Source of the DNA: the human T2T-CHM13v2.0 reference genome, Homo sapiens
Length of the DNA: 64,000 nucleotides
Reading direction: 5' to 3' (one strand)
NCBI RefSeq assembly: GCF_009914755.1
Contig: NC_060930.1
The notes beneath the pieces were generated by a model. That model saw only the letters and a program-made list of their open reading frames with translations, was not told the DNA's origin and ran no database searches. The position numbers were made by a program, and so were the translations under genes. Positions 10,500 to 24,084 of this stretch are shown piece by piece. Position 1 is the first letter of the stretch; each line of letters opens with the position of its first letter.

Positions 10500-13300
10500 T
10501 TATTATACTTCTTAAATGCAACCATTGTGCACTACTAAATTTTTTTTTCTGACACATAGCGGTGAGAATCTCAAATCTTGCTCTAATATTTGAAATTACT
10601 TTTTCAGCTCTTGAAATAACACATGGAAGTTAAAAATACAGAGATCAATATATAGGAAAACTGTCATAGATCAATATATAGGAAAACATTAATATAGCAT
10701 GATTGTTTATAATATGTATGCTTAGATTTCAATTTATACCAAGTTGCAAATAAAAATCTGCAGTGAATGCAGATCTTGAATAAAATGCTGATTGAACTCA
10801 GTAGATAGCTCTTGTGCTTTTAATGTTGTTTACTATGCCATGTTATATATATATGTTGAGCCATAAAAATGATTGGGTACAATATTACATAAAAGAGACT
10901 TAATCAAGAGCTAAACATTTAGTGTAATATAATTTTCATATGCATATAAATTAATGCCTAAGAGACTAAAATATAATTGAATATATAAAATGTAGTGGGC
11001 TTTAGTTGAAAAATAACATTATACTTCTGAAAAATACTATTGTTTCACTAGGATAAATCCTTAAAAATAGATTACTGCTCAATGTGTGCCCTGTGCAACA
11101 ATCACTGGTGTAGGTGTAAACTTATGTAACCTTTGAAACTTGTATATACAAAGCTGTGCTCTATATTTTCTAAGTAATCTTGAAATTTTTCTTAATATTC
11201 GATACGATACATGTTATACGTTTGATACCTGTATGTTCTGAAACCCTCGATTAACCCTCACTGCTTTCAGGAAGCTGCCCATTATTATTCACTGTCATCT
11301 TGTACATCTGAACAATACCAGTTGCACGTTCCCAACAATTTAGCATAAAATAATACAGTAGTGCAGCAACAGCAATACATACAGTTAACTAATAAAAACT
11401 TCATTAATAATTTGGATAATTTGTAATTTTTGGGCAAAAAGTTGAATATATGTGTAAAAGAATGATTATAATGATGAATCTAGGAAAGCAATATAATCTG
11501 GAGGAAAATAATTTAAAATGAAATTTACTGGAGTCAATTGATTTGAGCTCTGAAATAAAAAGATTATTGCAGAGGAACATTGAGCAAATGAGCAAGAAGA
11601 ATGGAAGCAGATGGTCACAATTTTTGGTTGGCATAATTATTGATAATACTGATATTCAGGATAGGACCACAGCAGTGAAAGCCTGAGATGGAGTAGCAGT
11701 GATATTGAGGCCAGAGTGTAGAATGGGTCATTCATGTGGATATAATATATTTCAAGCACCCTAATTAGTATCTATTCTCATTTTATCTAGATTCCACTTA
11801 CCTTACTTACCTCTAATTTGTTAAGCCTCTACTATACCTTTAGGTCGTCTATGTTAGAATTTGGTTACATTTCTTTGTTTAAAGGCAAACACTATTAATG
11901 TGAATGCTTCATTTTATTGGTTGTTTTTGATTTTGTTTATCCTTTGAGAACAAGCTTTCTCCAGTGGATGTCTATAGAATGTGTGCTCCCTTTCATTATT
12001 TTCTAGAGAAGATGCCCTCTTGTGTAAGCACCAGGTTGGGTTTGCCTGTTTCTTTAGTCTTACAGCCTGATAAATTCTTTGTTGTTGTCTTTGTTGTACT
12101 GCATTAATTCTGAAAAGTGCGTGCAACTCTCTCTTACAGGAAGAGTTCCTGACTTAGTTTAATTTTAAAAATGCATTTTCTCCATTATATTAAATCACGG
12201 CACATTCTGTGTTACCCTTTTTAATATTCCTTTGGCTGTAATAGTTCAGGGGTTTTACCATTTAATTACTTAATCACTTCTATCAAGAGAATTAGATATG
12301 CTCTACTGAATGGTTTCACTGTTTCCTTCAAGCAACGCCAAAAAGTTCACTGAATTATTTTGTTGCAACAAGATCTCATCAAGTTACTGAAATTCTTTAT
12401 TATTTTTGGTATCATTGCTTTCTGTAATACTGATGCTTTTTATGGCTTTAATTTGGGACAACTATCAGGAAACATTATATTTGATAAAACTAAGATAGCC
12501 AAGTAGATTTAAAAAACAAATTAAGAAAAGTTCTGAATTAAAAACAAAATGATAACTATATTCCTGGTAAAGAAATTAAGTATAATGAAAATACAGCTCA
12601 CAAAATTATCCTTCTGAGAAATAAATCTAATTAGGTTACTTTACTGGCATTAAGAAAAAGTACAGATTTCCTATTGCCTACAGCAGTTGTCTATACATCT
12701 TTTTTTTCATATGACTGTATTAGTAAAACAATGTTGAACAAGCACTTCCAATATATGTGTATGCATTTAAAACTAAATTATAGTCATATATTATTCTACA
12801 AATATATCTTAATAATATACATATCCATTTTAAAGGATTAAAAGAAAAAGTACAAATGAAAGTCTTTTCCACTCACATTCTAGAGGTTCCTCTTGCATAA
12901 ACCCTGGCATCCATCCAGTGTTCTCTGACAACCATGAACAACAGATGTGAGCAAACTATGGCCTGCAAGTAAAATCCGATCTACCCCGTGTTTATATAAA
13001 TAAAGTTTTATTGAACAACGGACATGCTTGTTTGTTTATGCATTGTGTATGGATGCTTTCACACTGCAACAGTAAATAATTATGGGACCACATGTCCCAC
13101 AAAGCCCTGACCTATCGTCTAGATAGAAGTTCTGTCTTCTATTCTGTCAGCTCTAATATTCCATTGGCAAATATCGATAGTTCTAGCCTTAGAGTATTCC
13201 TTCTTTCTTTCAGAGTACTCCTTCTTGCTTTCAGAGTACATATTTGTCACACAACCACAACTTTGTGCTTTTTTTTTCCCCTTTGGAATGCTTTCATGAA
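10500..13300 (-). mobile_element. Decayed RTE-clade LINE (MamRTE1-like), near full-length fossil
   Basis: Collinear minus-strand peptide remnants: ICQWNIRADRIEDRTSI, WLSENT, WRCLKETV, ELMQYNKDNNKEF/YQAVR, NNNGQLPE/VRVNRGFQ, YTSDC, FSLLGINL, MCQKKKFSSAQWLHLRS. Confidence 0.7.
12942..13115 (+). mobile_element. MER58A (hAT-Charlie MITE), 3'-truncated
   Basis: gcaaactatggcctgc...aaataaagttttattgaaca...ggatgctttcacactgcaac...cccacaaagcc. Confidence 0.85.
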
Positions 13301-14134
13301 GGTCTTTCATTTAGTTCTTCATAATATTTCTTATTTTGAAGGAAATGTCCCTTCCCTGTGCCTTTTGTGGGGCTATCAATTGTGGGCAACAAACTTTGTC
13401 TGTCTGGTTGATTATAAAACATAAACTAGGAAAATGTAACTGTCTCAGGGATTTGAACCTCAAGTAGAAACTCAGGGAGAAAATGCAATTAGAGTAGTTA
13501 TTCAATAGTGGTGACCTAAATGAACGGTTCACAAAATCCCACTATTGCAATCCCTGGAAATGAAATGTCTTTATTTACATATTTCACATGGTCTGGTAAT
13601 TTAGCTCTTCCTTTGATTTTGTAAAATATGTACTATCGTTCTAATATATTTATGTTTTACTTAGGCTAGCCCTTTTCTAATATTATTTATAAATGGAACC
13701 AAGTCTATTAGGATCCAATTTGTCCATTAGAATTTACCCAAGTTCTTGCAAGAAAGTTATTAATAGCCAATACAAACATTTAGTATATATAGCTTGCCAT
13801 ATAATTAATGTGATAAAATTTTGAACCAATTACAAGTTACAAGAGACTCTAAAGAATTCTGTTTTCTGTAGTTGCTTAATTTTACTACATTTGGAAAAGG
13901 TGTGGATATGGTCAGTAATATAGTTGTAAAACCCATTTACTTACTGTACATAAGATATTGGATTGAGAGAATCACTGCTACTGAGTAACCAGAAGAAAAG
14001 CTAGTACAAATTATTTAAAGACAACCTAGCAAATGATGGTTTTCCTATAACCTTTAAGTAGCTTATTCTTAAAATAGCATAGACTAGATTTAACATACAC
14101 TAGAAATCTTTAATTTACTAGAAATAATATAGAC

Positions 14135-14332
14135 TAGAGGTCTGCAAACTTTTTCTTCAAAGGGCCAGATAGTAAACATTTTTATCTTTGCAAGCCATAC
14201 ACTATCTAACTACTCAGGTCTGTTGTAATACCAAAGTAGTCATAGAAAATATATAAACGGACAAGCACGGCTGTGTTCCAGTGAAACTTGATTTACAAAA
14301 ACAGACAATGTTCTATAGTTAGGTAACCCCTT
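14135..14332 (-). mobile_element. MER58A (hAT-Charlie MITE)
   Basis: gcaaactttttc..aaagggccagatagtaaa...ggctgtgttccagtgaaactt; 8-bp TSD atatagac/ttatagac. Confidence 0.85.
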
Positions 14333-16296
14333 TTATAGACCAGAGTTTGAACACCCCTACAGGCTTCTTTAGCTGAGGTGTCAATTGTTTGCATTATTTT
14401 AATGTAATTTTAGTTCATTTGTGTATGAACTACTGTTCATACACAAATACGAATGTCATAGTTAACTGAACAAACATTTTTGAGGCCCCATTCTGCATCA
14501 AATAATGTGCCCAAGCTCAGACCATGCTTTAAACCATTGTAGAGGAAAAAGCCTGTGTCCCAAAGCTTCATTAAATTTAAGTGATTCCTCAGATAACACA
14601 CTAGAGAAATGTCTATTAGGACTCCAAATGTACATAAAGATGACCTGATGGCAACAGGAAGCTGTGTTCTGGTTTTTTTTTTCTGAAAGTTTGGATGTAT
14701 GCATCCCAGGATCTATATTAGCCACTCTAAAAACTAACCCCAAGGCCTTCTTTTGCTTTACTCTATTAGAAGTTTACTTTGCTTGTGTTGTGGTTTGTTT
14801 GTTGGTTTTTATATCTTAACAGAAATATGGAGATAGATTCATATATAAACTTAATAAAATTTTTGTATGATTTTCTCTTGAAATGCACTATTATGATACT
14901 TTTCAAACTTGACAGTCCTTATTGAGGCAAGAGCTAGAAGCAAAAACACTAGTTACAACTGAGCCTTGAAATTTTATTAAGCCTTCAGATTTGCTTGTAT
15001 GCTTTGAGAAGCCGTCTATCAGGATTGCTTTTACACTCTAATCTTGCCATTCAAATCATGAATGTAAACAGACGCAGAGAAAGCTATATTAAGGGCCAAG
15101 TTGGGGGAAGGAGTAATTGCTTTCCACGCCATTTTAGAAGAATTTCTTATCAATGATAATTGTAAACAAGAAGGTTTCAGCCTTTAAATAATCAAACACA
15201 GAAGTGTCTTCTTTGGATGTATAAATAGTATTGTCTCATTTTAAAGATAATCTTATAGCTGTAATAAGGTTTTGATATATTTGATAACATATTTTTGATA
15301 CTTTCCATTATCATCATTTTCTGTCTGACAAAACAGTTCCCATCTTGTTTACTCCAGTTTTGTACCTCATTGATTTGTTGTCCTTGGGCAGTGTTTATGT
15401 GTGTAAATTGCAAATTCTCAGTTCATTATATTGTTTTGTTGGGCTTATACCCTTACTTTTTTTTTAAGAGTAATCTTTGTTTCTAGCAGCTTGTGAGAGT
15501 AGTCAGACACATGAGCCGCTGGGTTGAAGCCTGTCATCTAAATGTGTATCTGTCTTCTTCATTGGGCATAGAGATCAGGGTCATTGCTAAAAGAAAAAAA
15601 TGATATGTCTTCTCTAGTGAAGAATGCTATTAATTTCCCTCCACGATTTACTGTCAGGTGTAAATAAGAACAAGATCAACTCAACAGAAATGGAAAATTC
15701 ACAGTGATGATTCTCCTTCATTTTATAAATAACCAATGTATGCTTTGGTGTTACATGGTGGTTTTCTTTTCGTTACCTATCTATCAGATATTTACAAAAT
15801 ACTTTTATGTAAAAGCAGTCAACATTAAAATAAAATATTAAAATTGTACTGTATTTGTAACATTCACAAATCAATCTTTAAAAAATTTAATATATTGTTA
15901 ACATTTACAAATAAGCTCAGAAAAAAAAGTCCTATAAGCCAAAAAGCCACTATATTGAATCTGAAAATAAATTACACAATTACAGTTCATTGCTCTAAAA
16001 ACTAAAACAAATGCTAAATTTAATTAAAATAACATATGCAGTCACACTTTCAGTGTCATTTCTTACAGGAACATAAAATTTAGTTATCATTGATACCACA
16101 TGAGTCAGTAATTAGAAATTGTTTAAGGAAAACCCCCAGAATGGTTGTAACCATGCTCATATAATACTGCAAACAGCCTTCTAATTGCATAGCTCACAAT
16201 CAGGTTAATTGTGGTACAGGCATTGGCTTAGCTGTTCTACTGTGAAGTTGATACCTATGGTAAACATTGCATGGTTCAAGATTAAGTGTTACTTAA

Positions 16297-16710
<414 letters not shown>

Positions 16711-19281
16711 CTTGATTTTGTTTTAATCCAAAAACATTGGTAGTCAGGAGGCTGAGCAAGATGACAGCCTGCCACCCCCTTCACATGCTCTGCAAGGACA
16801 CCAAGTTAACAACTATCTACACAGAAAACACAACTTCATTAGAACGAAAAATTAGGTGAGCAGTCATAGTATCTGGTTTTAACTTCAGGTCACTGAAAGA
16901 GGCACAGAATAGAGAGAAAAAAACAATTCTGAATTACTGATGCTACCACACACCCCCAGTCCCCATCCCACCACTGGCAGCAGTGTTGTGGTACAAAGAA
17001 CATCTCTGGGTGCTGGGGGAAGGAAAACACAGCAATTGTGAGGCACCGAACTCAGTGCTGTTCTGTCAGAGCAGAAAGAAAAACCAGACCAAGCCCAGCT
17101 GATGCTCTCCCATGAAGGGAGCATTTAAATCAGCCCTAGCCAGAGAGGAATCATCAATCCAAGCGGTCTAAACCTGAGTGCCTGTAAACCTCACCACTGA
17201 TGGCTACAGCACTCTGTTTCTCAAAGTAAACTGGAAAGGTGGTCTAGACCGTAAGGACTGCAACTATTAAGCAAGTCCTAGTGCTGAATTTGGCCCAGAG
17301 ATAGTGGACCAAGGGTGGTGTTGGGGGCACGTGACATCCTGAGACACAAGCTGGAGCAGCCTAGGGAGTGCTGGCATCACCCCTACCCTAATTCCAGGCT
17401 GCACAGCTTGTGGCTCCAAAAAAGACTCCTTCCTTTTGCTCCAGGAGAAGAGAGGAAAGAATGGGGAAGACTTTGTCTTGAATCTAGGATACCAGCTCAG
17501 TCACAACAGGATAGGGTATTGCTCAGCATCCGGAGGCCCCATTTGAGGCTCTATCTCCCAGATGAGATTTCTAGACACACCTTGGTCCAGAAGGGAAACT
17601 ACTACCTTGAAGGAAAGAATCTAGTCCTGACAGTATTCAACACCTGCTAACCGACGAGCCCTTGGGCCCTGAATAACCAGCAGTGACACCCAGGTACTAC
17701 ATTGAGGGCCTTAGGTGAGCATCTGAAACTTTCTGTCTTCAGATAAGACTCAGCACATTACCAGCTGTAGTGGCTATGGGACAAAACTCCTTCTTGAGAA
17801 AAGCAGAGGGAAAAGTAAAGGGCTATTTTCTTGCACTTTAGATACCAGCACAGCCACGTGAAGATAGAGCACCAAGTGGGCTCTTGACATCCCCAATTTT
17901 AGAACTGACGCTTAGACAGCATTTCTGGACTTGCCCTGTGCCAGAGAGGAGACCATGCCCTGAAGGGTAATCCCAAGCCAGACAGTATTCGTCACAGCTG
18001 AGTTAAGAGACGTTGGGCCTTAAGGAAATATTGGTAGTATTCTAGTAGCACTGCTCATGTCCTGGGATGGCAGTGGCTATGGGGTGAGGTTCCTCTGCTT
18101 TTGGAAAGGGGAGGGAAGAGTGGGAAGAATGGCATTGTGTGCTTTGGGTTTCAGCTCAGCTACAGTACAGTAGAAAACAAGGTAGACTTCTAAGATTTTT
18201 GACTCTAGTTGCTGACTCCCAGATGGCATTTCTGGGCACACCCGGGGCCAGGGAGACTTCACCACCCTAAAGTGAAGAACACAGACCTGGCTGGCTTTGC
18301 CACTTGCTGACTGTAGATCCCCAGGGTCTTCAGCAAACATAGGTTTGCTGAAGGGAATGGTTACAGGGAATGGCTACCGCAGACCTTGTGAGAGACCCAG
18401 CTCTGTGATGGCTTCAGGTCTGACCTAGCACAGTCATAGCGGTGATGGCCAGAGAGGTGTTTGTGTCACTCCACCTCCAGGTTTAAGTGGCTCAGAACAG
18501 AGAGAGATACTCTGTATGCTGGGTGAAAGTAAGGGGAGGGAACAAGAGTCTCTGGTAATCCAGAGAATTCTCCCGGATCTTGTCCAAGACCATCAAGATG
18601 GCACCTCTATGCGTCTGCAAGAACCACAGCATTACTGGGTATGGGATGTCCCTAAAGAAGGTACAGCTTAGATCACAACACCTAAATTCTGTTAAACATC
18701 TGGAGAGTTTTCCCAAGAAGGACAGTGACAAATAAGTCCAGACAGTGAAGGCTAAAATAAATACCTGAATCTTTAATTCCCAAACACAGATGAACATCTG
18801 CAATTATCAAGACAATCCAAGAAAACATGACCTAACCAAAAAATCTAAATATGGCACCATGGACCAATCCCAGAGAAACAGAGATATGTGATCTTTCAGA
18901 CAGATAATTCAAAATAGCTGGGTTTAGGAAACTCAAAGAAATTCAAGATAACACCAAGAAGGAACTCAGAATTCTATCAGATGAATTTAACAAAGATATT
19001 GAAATAATTAAAAAGCATCCAGCAGAAATTCTGGAGCTGAACAATATAAGTGGCATACTGAAGAATGCATCAGAGTTCTTTAATAGCAGAATGGGTCAAG
19101 CAGAAAAAAAGAATTAATGAGCTTGAAGACAGGCTGTTTGGAAAGACACAGTCAGAGAAGACAAAAGAAAAAACAATAAAAAATGAGGCACGCCTACAGG
19201 ATCTAAGAAACAGCCTGAAAATGGCAAAACTAAGAGTTATTGGCCTTAAAGAGGAGACAAAGATATAGGGGTAGAAAGTTT

Positions 19282-19364
19282 TTGTTTTTTTTTTTTTTTT
19301 TTTTTTTTTTTTGAGACAGAGTCTCGTTCTGTGGCCCAGGTGGGAGTGCAGTGGCACAATCTCG
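19282..19364 (-). mobile_element. Severely 5'-truncated Alu
   Basis: Poly-T plus ~52 nt of the Alu 3' end between exact 14-bp TSDs ggggtagaaagttt. Confidence 0.92.
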
Positions 19365-20057
19365 GGGGTAGAAAGTTTATTCAAAGGGATAATAACAGAG
19401 AACTTCACAAACCTAGAGAAAGATATAAAAATACAAGAAGGTTATAGAACATGAAGCATATGTAACCCAAAGAAGACTACCTCAAGGCAATTAAAAATCA
19501 AACTCCCAATGTAACTGATAAAGAAATGATGCTAAAAGCAACATGATAACATAAACAAATAACATACAATGGAGCTCCAATACATCTGGCAACAGACTTT
19601 ACAGTGGAAACCTTACAGGCCAGGAGAGAGTGGCACTGAAGGGAAAAAAACTTTTACCCTAGAACAGTATATCTGGAGAAAATATCCTACAAACATGAAG
19701 GAGAAATAGACTTTCTCAGACAAACAAAAGCAGAGGGATTTCATCAATACCAGACCTGTTCTACAAGAAATGCTACAGTTAGTACTTTAATTAGAAAGAA
19801 AATGACATTAATGAACAATAAATAGTCACCTGAAGGTATAACACAAAACTCACTGGTAATAGTAAGTGCACACAGTAAAACAGAATATTATAACTCTGTA
19901 ACTGTGGTGTGTAAGCTACTCTCATCCTAAACAGAAAGAGTAATAAATGAACCAATCAAAAATCAAAACTACCTCAAGTTTTCAAGGCATAGTCAGTACA
20001 ATAAGATATAAATAGAAACAACAAAAAGTTAAAAAGTGGGGGATGAAGTTAAGGCAC

Positions 20058-20402
20058 TGATATGGTTTGGCTCTGTGTCCCCACCCAAATCTCATCTAGA
20101 ATTGTAATCCCCATGTGGTGGAGGAGGGGCCTGGTGGGAGATGACTGGATGATGGTGGTGAATTTTTCCCTTGCTGTTCTCATAATAGTGAGTGTTCTCA
20201 TGAAAGCTGATGGTTTTAAAGTGTGGCACTTCCCACCTTGCTCTCTTTCACCTGCCACCATGTAAGATGTACCTTGCTTCCCCTTCCACAATGATTTTAA
20301 GTTTCCTGAAGCTTCCCCAGTCATGCAGAACTGAGAGTCAATTAAACCCTCTATTCTTTATAAATTACTCATTCTCAGGTAGTTCTTTATAGCAGTGTGA
20401 AA
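20058..20402 (+). mobile_element. THE1D-like MaLR LTR nested in the L1 inter-ORF region
   Basis: tgatatggtttggctctgtgtccccacccaaatctcat...ctttatagcagtgtgaaa. Confidence 0.92.
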
Positions 20403-23400
20403 TAGAGGTGTAGAGTGTTTTATTAATTTATTTATTTTTTGCCCACTTGTTTGTTTATGCAAATAGAGTTAGGTTGTTTACCGATTAAAATAGTGGGTTA
20501 TAAGATAGCATGTACAAGCCTACTGGTAACCTCAAACCAAAAACATACCATGGATAAACAAAAAATTAAAAGCAGGAAACTAAATCACATCACCAGAGAA
20601 AATCACCTTCATTAGAGAAGGACAAGAAGGAAAGAAAAAATGATGAGCAGACCATAAAACAACCAGAAAACAAATAGCAGAATGGCACGAATAAGTCCTT
20701 ACTTATCAGCGATAACATTGAATGTAGATGAACTAAACTCTCCACTCAAAAGACATGGACTGGCTGAATGGATGAATAAACAAGACCCATGAATATGTTG
20801 CCTGCAAGAAACATACTTCAGCTATCAAGAAACACTTAGACTGAAAATAAAGGGATGGAAAAGATATTCCATGTCAATGGAGACAAAAAAAAGCAGGAGT
20901 CACTATAGTTATATCAGTCAAAATAGATTTGAAGACAAAAACTACAAGAAGACACAAAGAAGTTCACTATAATGACAAAGGGGCCAATTCAGCAAGATGA
21001 TATAACAATTTTAAATATATATACACCCAACATAGGCACAAACAGATATATAAAGGTAATATTATTAGAGCTAAAGAGAGAGAAAAGGTCCAATACAATA
21101 ATAGCTGGAGACTTCAACATCCCACTTGCAGCATTTGACAGATCTTCTAGGCAGAAAGTCAACAAAGAAACATCAGACTTAATATGTTCTGTAGACCAAA
21201 TGGATCTAATAGATATTTAGAGAACACTTCATCCAAGAGCTGCAAAATACACATTCTTTTTCTCAGCACATGGATCATTCTCAATGATAGATCATACGTT
21301 AGATCACGAATCAGTATTAAAATATTCAAAAATCGAAATAATATCAGGCATCTTCTTTAACCACAATGGAATAAAACTAAATATTAGTATCAAAAGAAAT
21401 GTTGGAAACTATACAAATACAAGGAAATTAAGTGATATTCTCCTGAATTACCAGTGAGTCAATGAAGAAATTAAGAAGAAAATTTAAAAAAAAGTATTGA
21501 AAATTAAAAAAAATTATTGAAACAAATGATAGGGGAAACACAATATACTAAAATGTGTGAGATACAGCAAAAGCAGTACTAAGATGGAAATTTACAGCTA
21601 TAAGTGCCTACATCAAAAGAGAGGAAAAATTTCAAATGAACAATCTAATAATGCATCTTAAATAACTAGAAAAGCCAAAACCCAAAATTATCAGAAGAAA
21701 ATGAATAATGATGAGAGCAAAAATTAATGAAGCTGAAATTTAAATAAAAAAATTAAAAAGATCAAGAAAACAAAAAGTTGGTTTTTTGAAAACATAAACA
21801 AAATTGACAAACCTCCAGCCAGGCTGACTAAGAAAAAAATTGACAAACCTCTACCCAGACTGACTAAGAAAAATAAGAGAGAAGATTCAAATAAATAAAA
21901 TCAGAAATGAAAAAGGAGATATTACAACAGATACTGGAGAAATTTGAAGAATCATTAATGGCTACTATGAGCATCTATGTAACAATAAATTGGAAAATCT
22001 AGAAGAAATAGACAAATTCCTGAATACATATAACCTACCAAGATTGAACCAGGAAAAAAATCCAAAACCTGAACATATCAATAACAAGTAATGAGATAAA
22101 AGCCATAACAAAAAGGCTACCAGTAAAGAAAAGCCCAGCACCCAATGACTTCATTGTTGAATTCTACCAAACATTTAAAGAAGAACTAATACCAGTTCTA
22201 TACAAACTATTCTGAGAAATAAGGGAGGAGAGAATACTGCCAAACTCATTGTATGAGGTCAGTATTACCCTGATACCAAAATCAGACAAAGACACATAAA
22301 AAAAAGAAAACTAATCTCTGATGAATATTGATGCAAAAATTCTCAACAAAATGCCAACAAATGGAATTCAACATTAGAAAGATCATTCATGATGACCAAG
22401 TGGGATATATCCCTGGGATGCAAGGATTGTTTAACATATGCAAATCAATCAATGTGATATGTTATATCAATAGAATGAAGAATAAAATCCATATGATCAT
22501 TTGTTGATGCTGAGAATGCATTTGATAAAATTCAACTTCCCTTCATAATTAAAACCTCAAAAGAAAACTGGAGATAGAAAAAAACATACCTCAACAAAAT
22601 AAAAGCCATATATGACAGATCCACAGCTAGTATCACACTGAATGGGGAAAAAGCTAAAAGCCTTTCCTCTAGGATCTTGAACATGACAAGGATGCCCACT
22701 GTTACCACTACTTTTCAAGACAGTACTATAGGTCCTAGCTGGAGCAATCAGACAAGAGGAAGATATAAAGCCACATAAAGTTAAATACCTTGGAATTAAC
22801 TTAACCAAAGAAGGGAAAGATCACTATAATGAAAACTATAAATGAAATTAAAAAGGATATTGAAAATGAAAAAAAAATCCACATTAATGGATTGAAAGAG
22901 TCAATATTGTTAAAATGTCCTTATGAACCAAAACAATCTACAGATTCATTTAATTTAAATCCCTATCAAAATACCAATGACATGCTTGACAAAAATAGAA
23001 GAAAAATCCTAAAATTTATATGGAACCACAAAAGACCTAGAATAGCCAAAGCTGTCCTAAGGAAAAAGAACAAAACTGGAGGAGTCACATTACCTGACAT
23101 CAAACTACACTACAGAACTATAATAACCCAAACAGCATGCTACTGGCATAAAAACAGACACATTGGCCAATGGAACAGAATAGAGAAATCAGAAACAAAT
23201 CCAAATACCTACAGTGAACTCATTTTTTGACAAAGATGTCAAGAACATACACTGGGGAAAAGACAGTCTTTTCAATAAATGGTGCTGGGAAAACTGGTTA
23301 TCCATATGCAGAATAATGAAACTAGACCCGTATCCTCGCCATATAAAAAAATCAAATCAAAATGGATTAAAGGCTTAAATCTATGACCTCAATCTATAAA

Positions 23401-24084
23401 ACTACTATAAGAAAACACTGGGGAAAATCTCCAGGACATTGATCTGGGCAAATATTTTTTGAGCAATACCCCACAAGCACAGACAACCAAAGCAAAAATG
23501 GGCAAATGGTATCACATTAAGTTAAAAAGTTTCTGCAAAGGAAATAACCAACCAACTGAAGAGACAACACACAGAATTGGAGAAAACATTTGAAAACTAC
23601 CCACCTGACAAGAAATTGATAACCAGAAGATATAAGAACCTCAGACAACTCCATAGAAGAAAAATCTAAAAATCTGATCAAAAATGGGCAAAAAATATTG
23701 CTAGACATTTCTCATAAAAAGACATACAAATGGAAAACAGGTATATGAAAAAGAGCTCAACATCATTGATCAGAGGAATACAAATCAAAATTATAATGAG
23801 ATATTATCTCACCCCAGCTAAAATGGCTTATATCCAAAAGGCAGGCAATAATAAACGCTGACGAGGATGTGGAGAAAATGAAACCCTTGTATGCTGTTGG
23901 TGGAAGTGTAAGTTAGTACAACCGCCATGTATAACAGTTTGAAGGTTCCTCACCAAACCAAAATTAAGCTACCATGCGATCCAACAATCCTACTGCTGTA
24001 TACATACCCAAAAGAAATGGAATCAGTATATTGAAGAGATATCTGCACTCCTATGTTTGTTGCAACACTATTTACAATAGCTAA

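Noticed and set aside
11794-11812. Double consensus donor GAG|GTAAGTAAG|GTAAGT on minus
   Set aside because: No upstream acceptor seen; it lies within the RTE-derived KVSGI segment.
19065-23230. ORFs 19065-19268, 20972-21220 and 22829-23230
   Set aside because: Broken L1 ORF1/ORF2 fragments with many stops and frameshifts.
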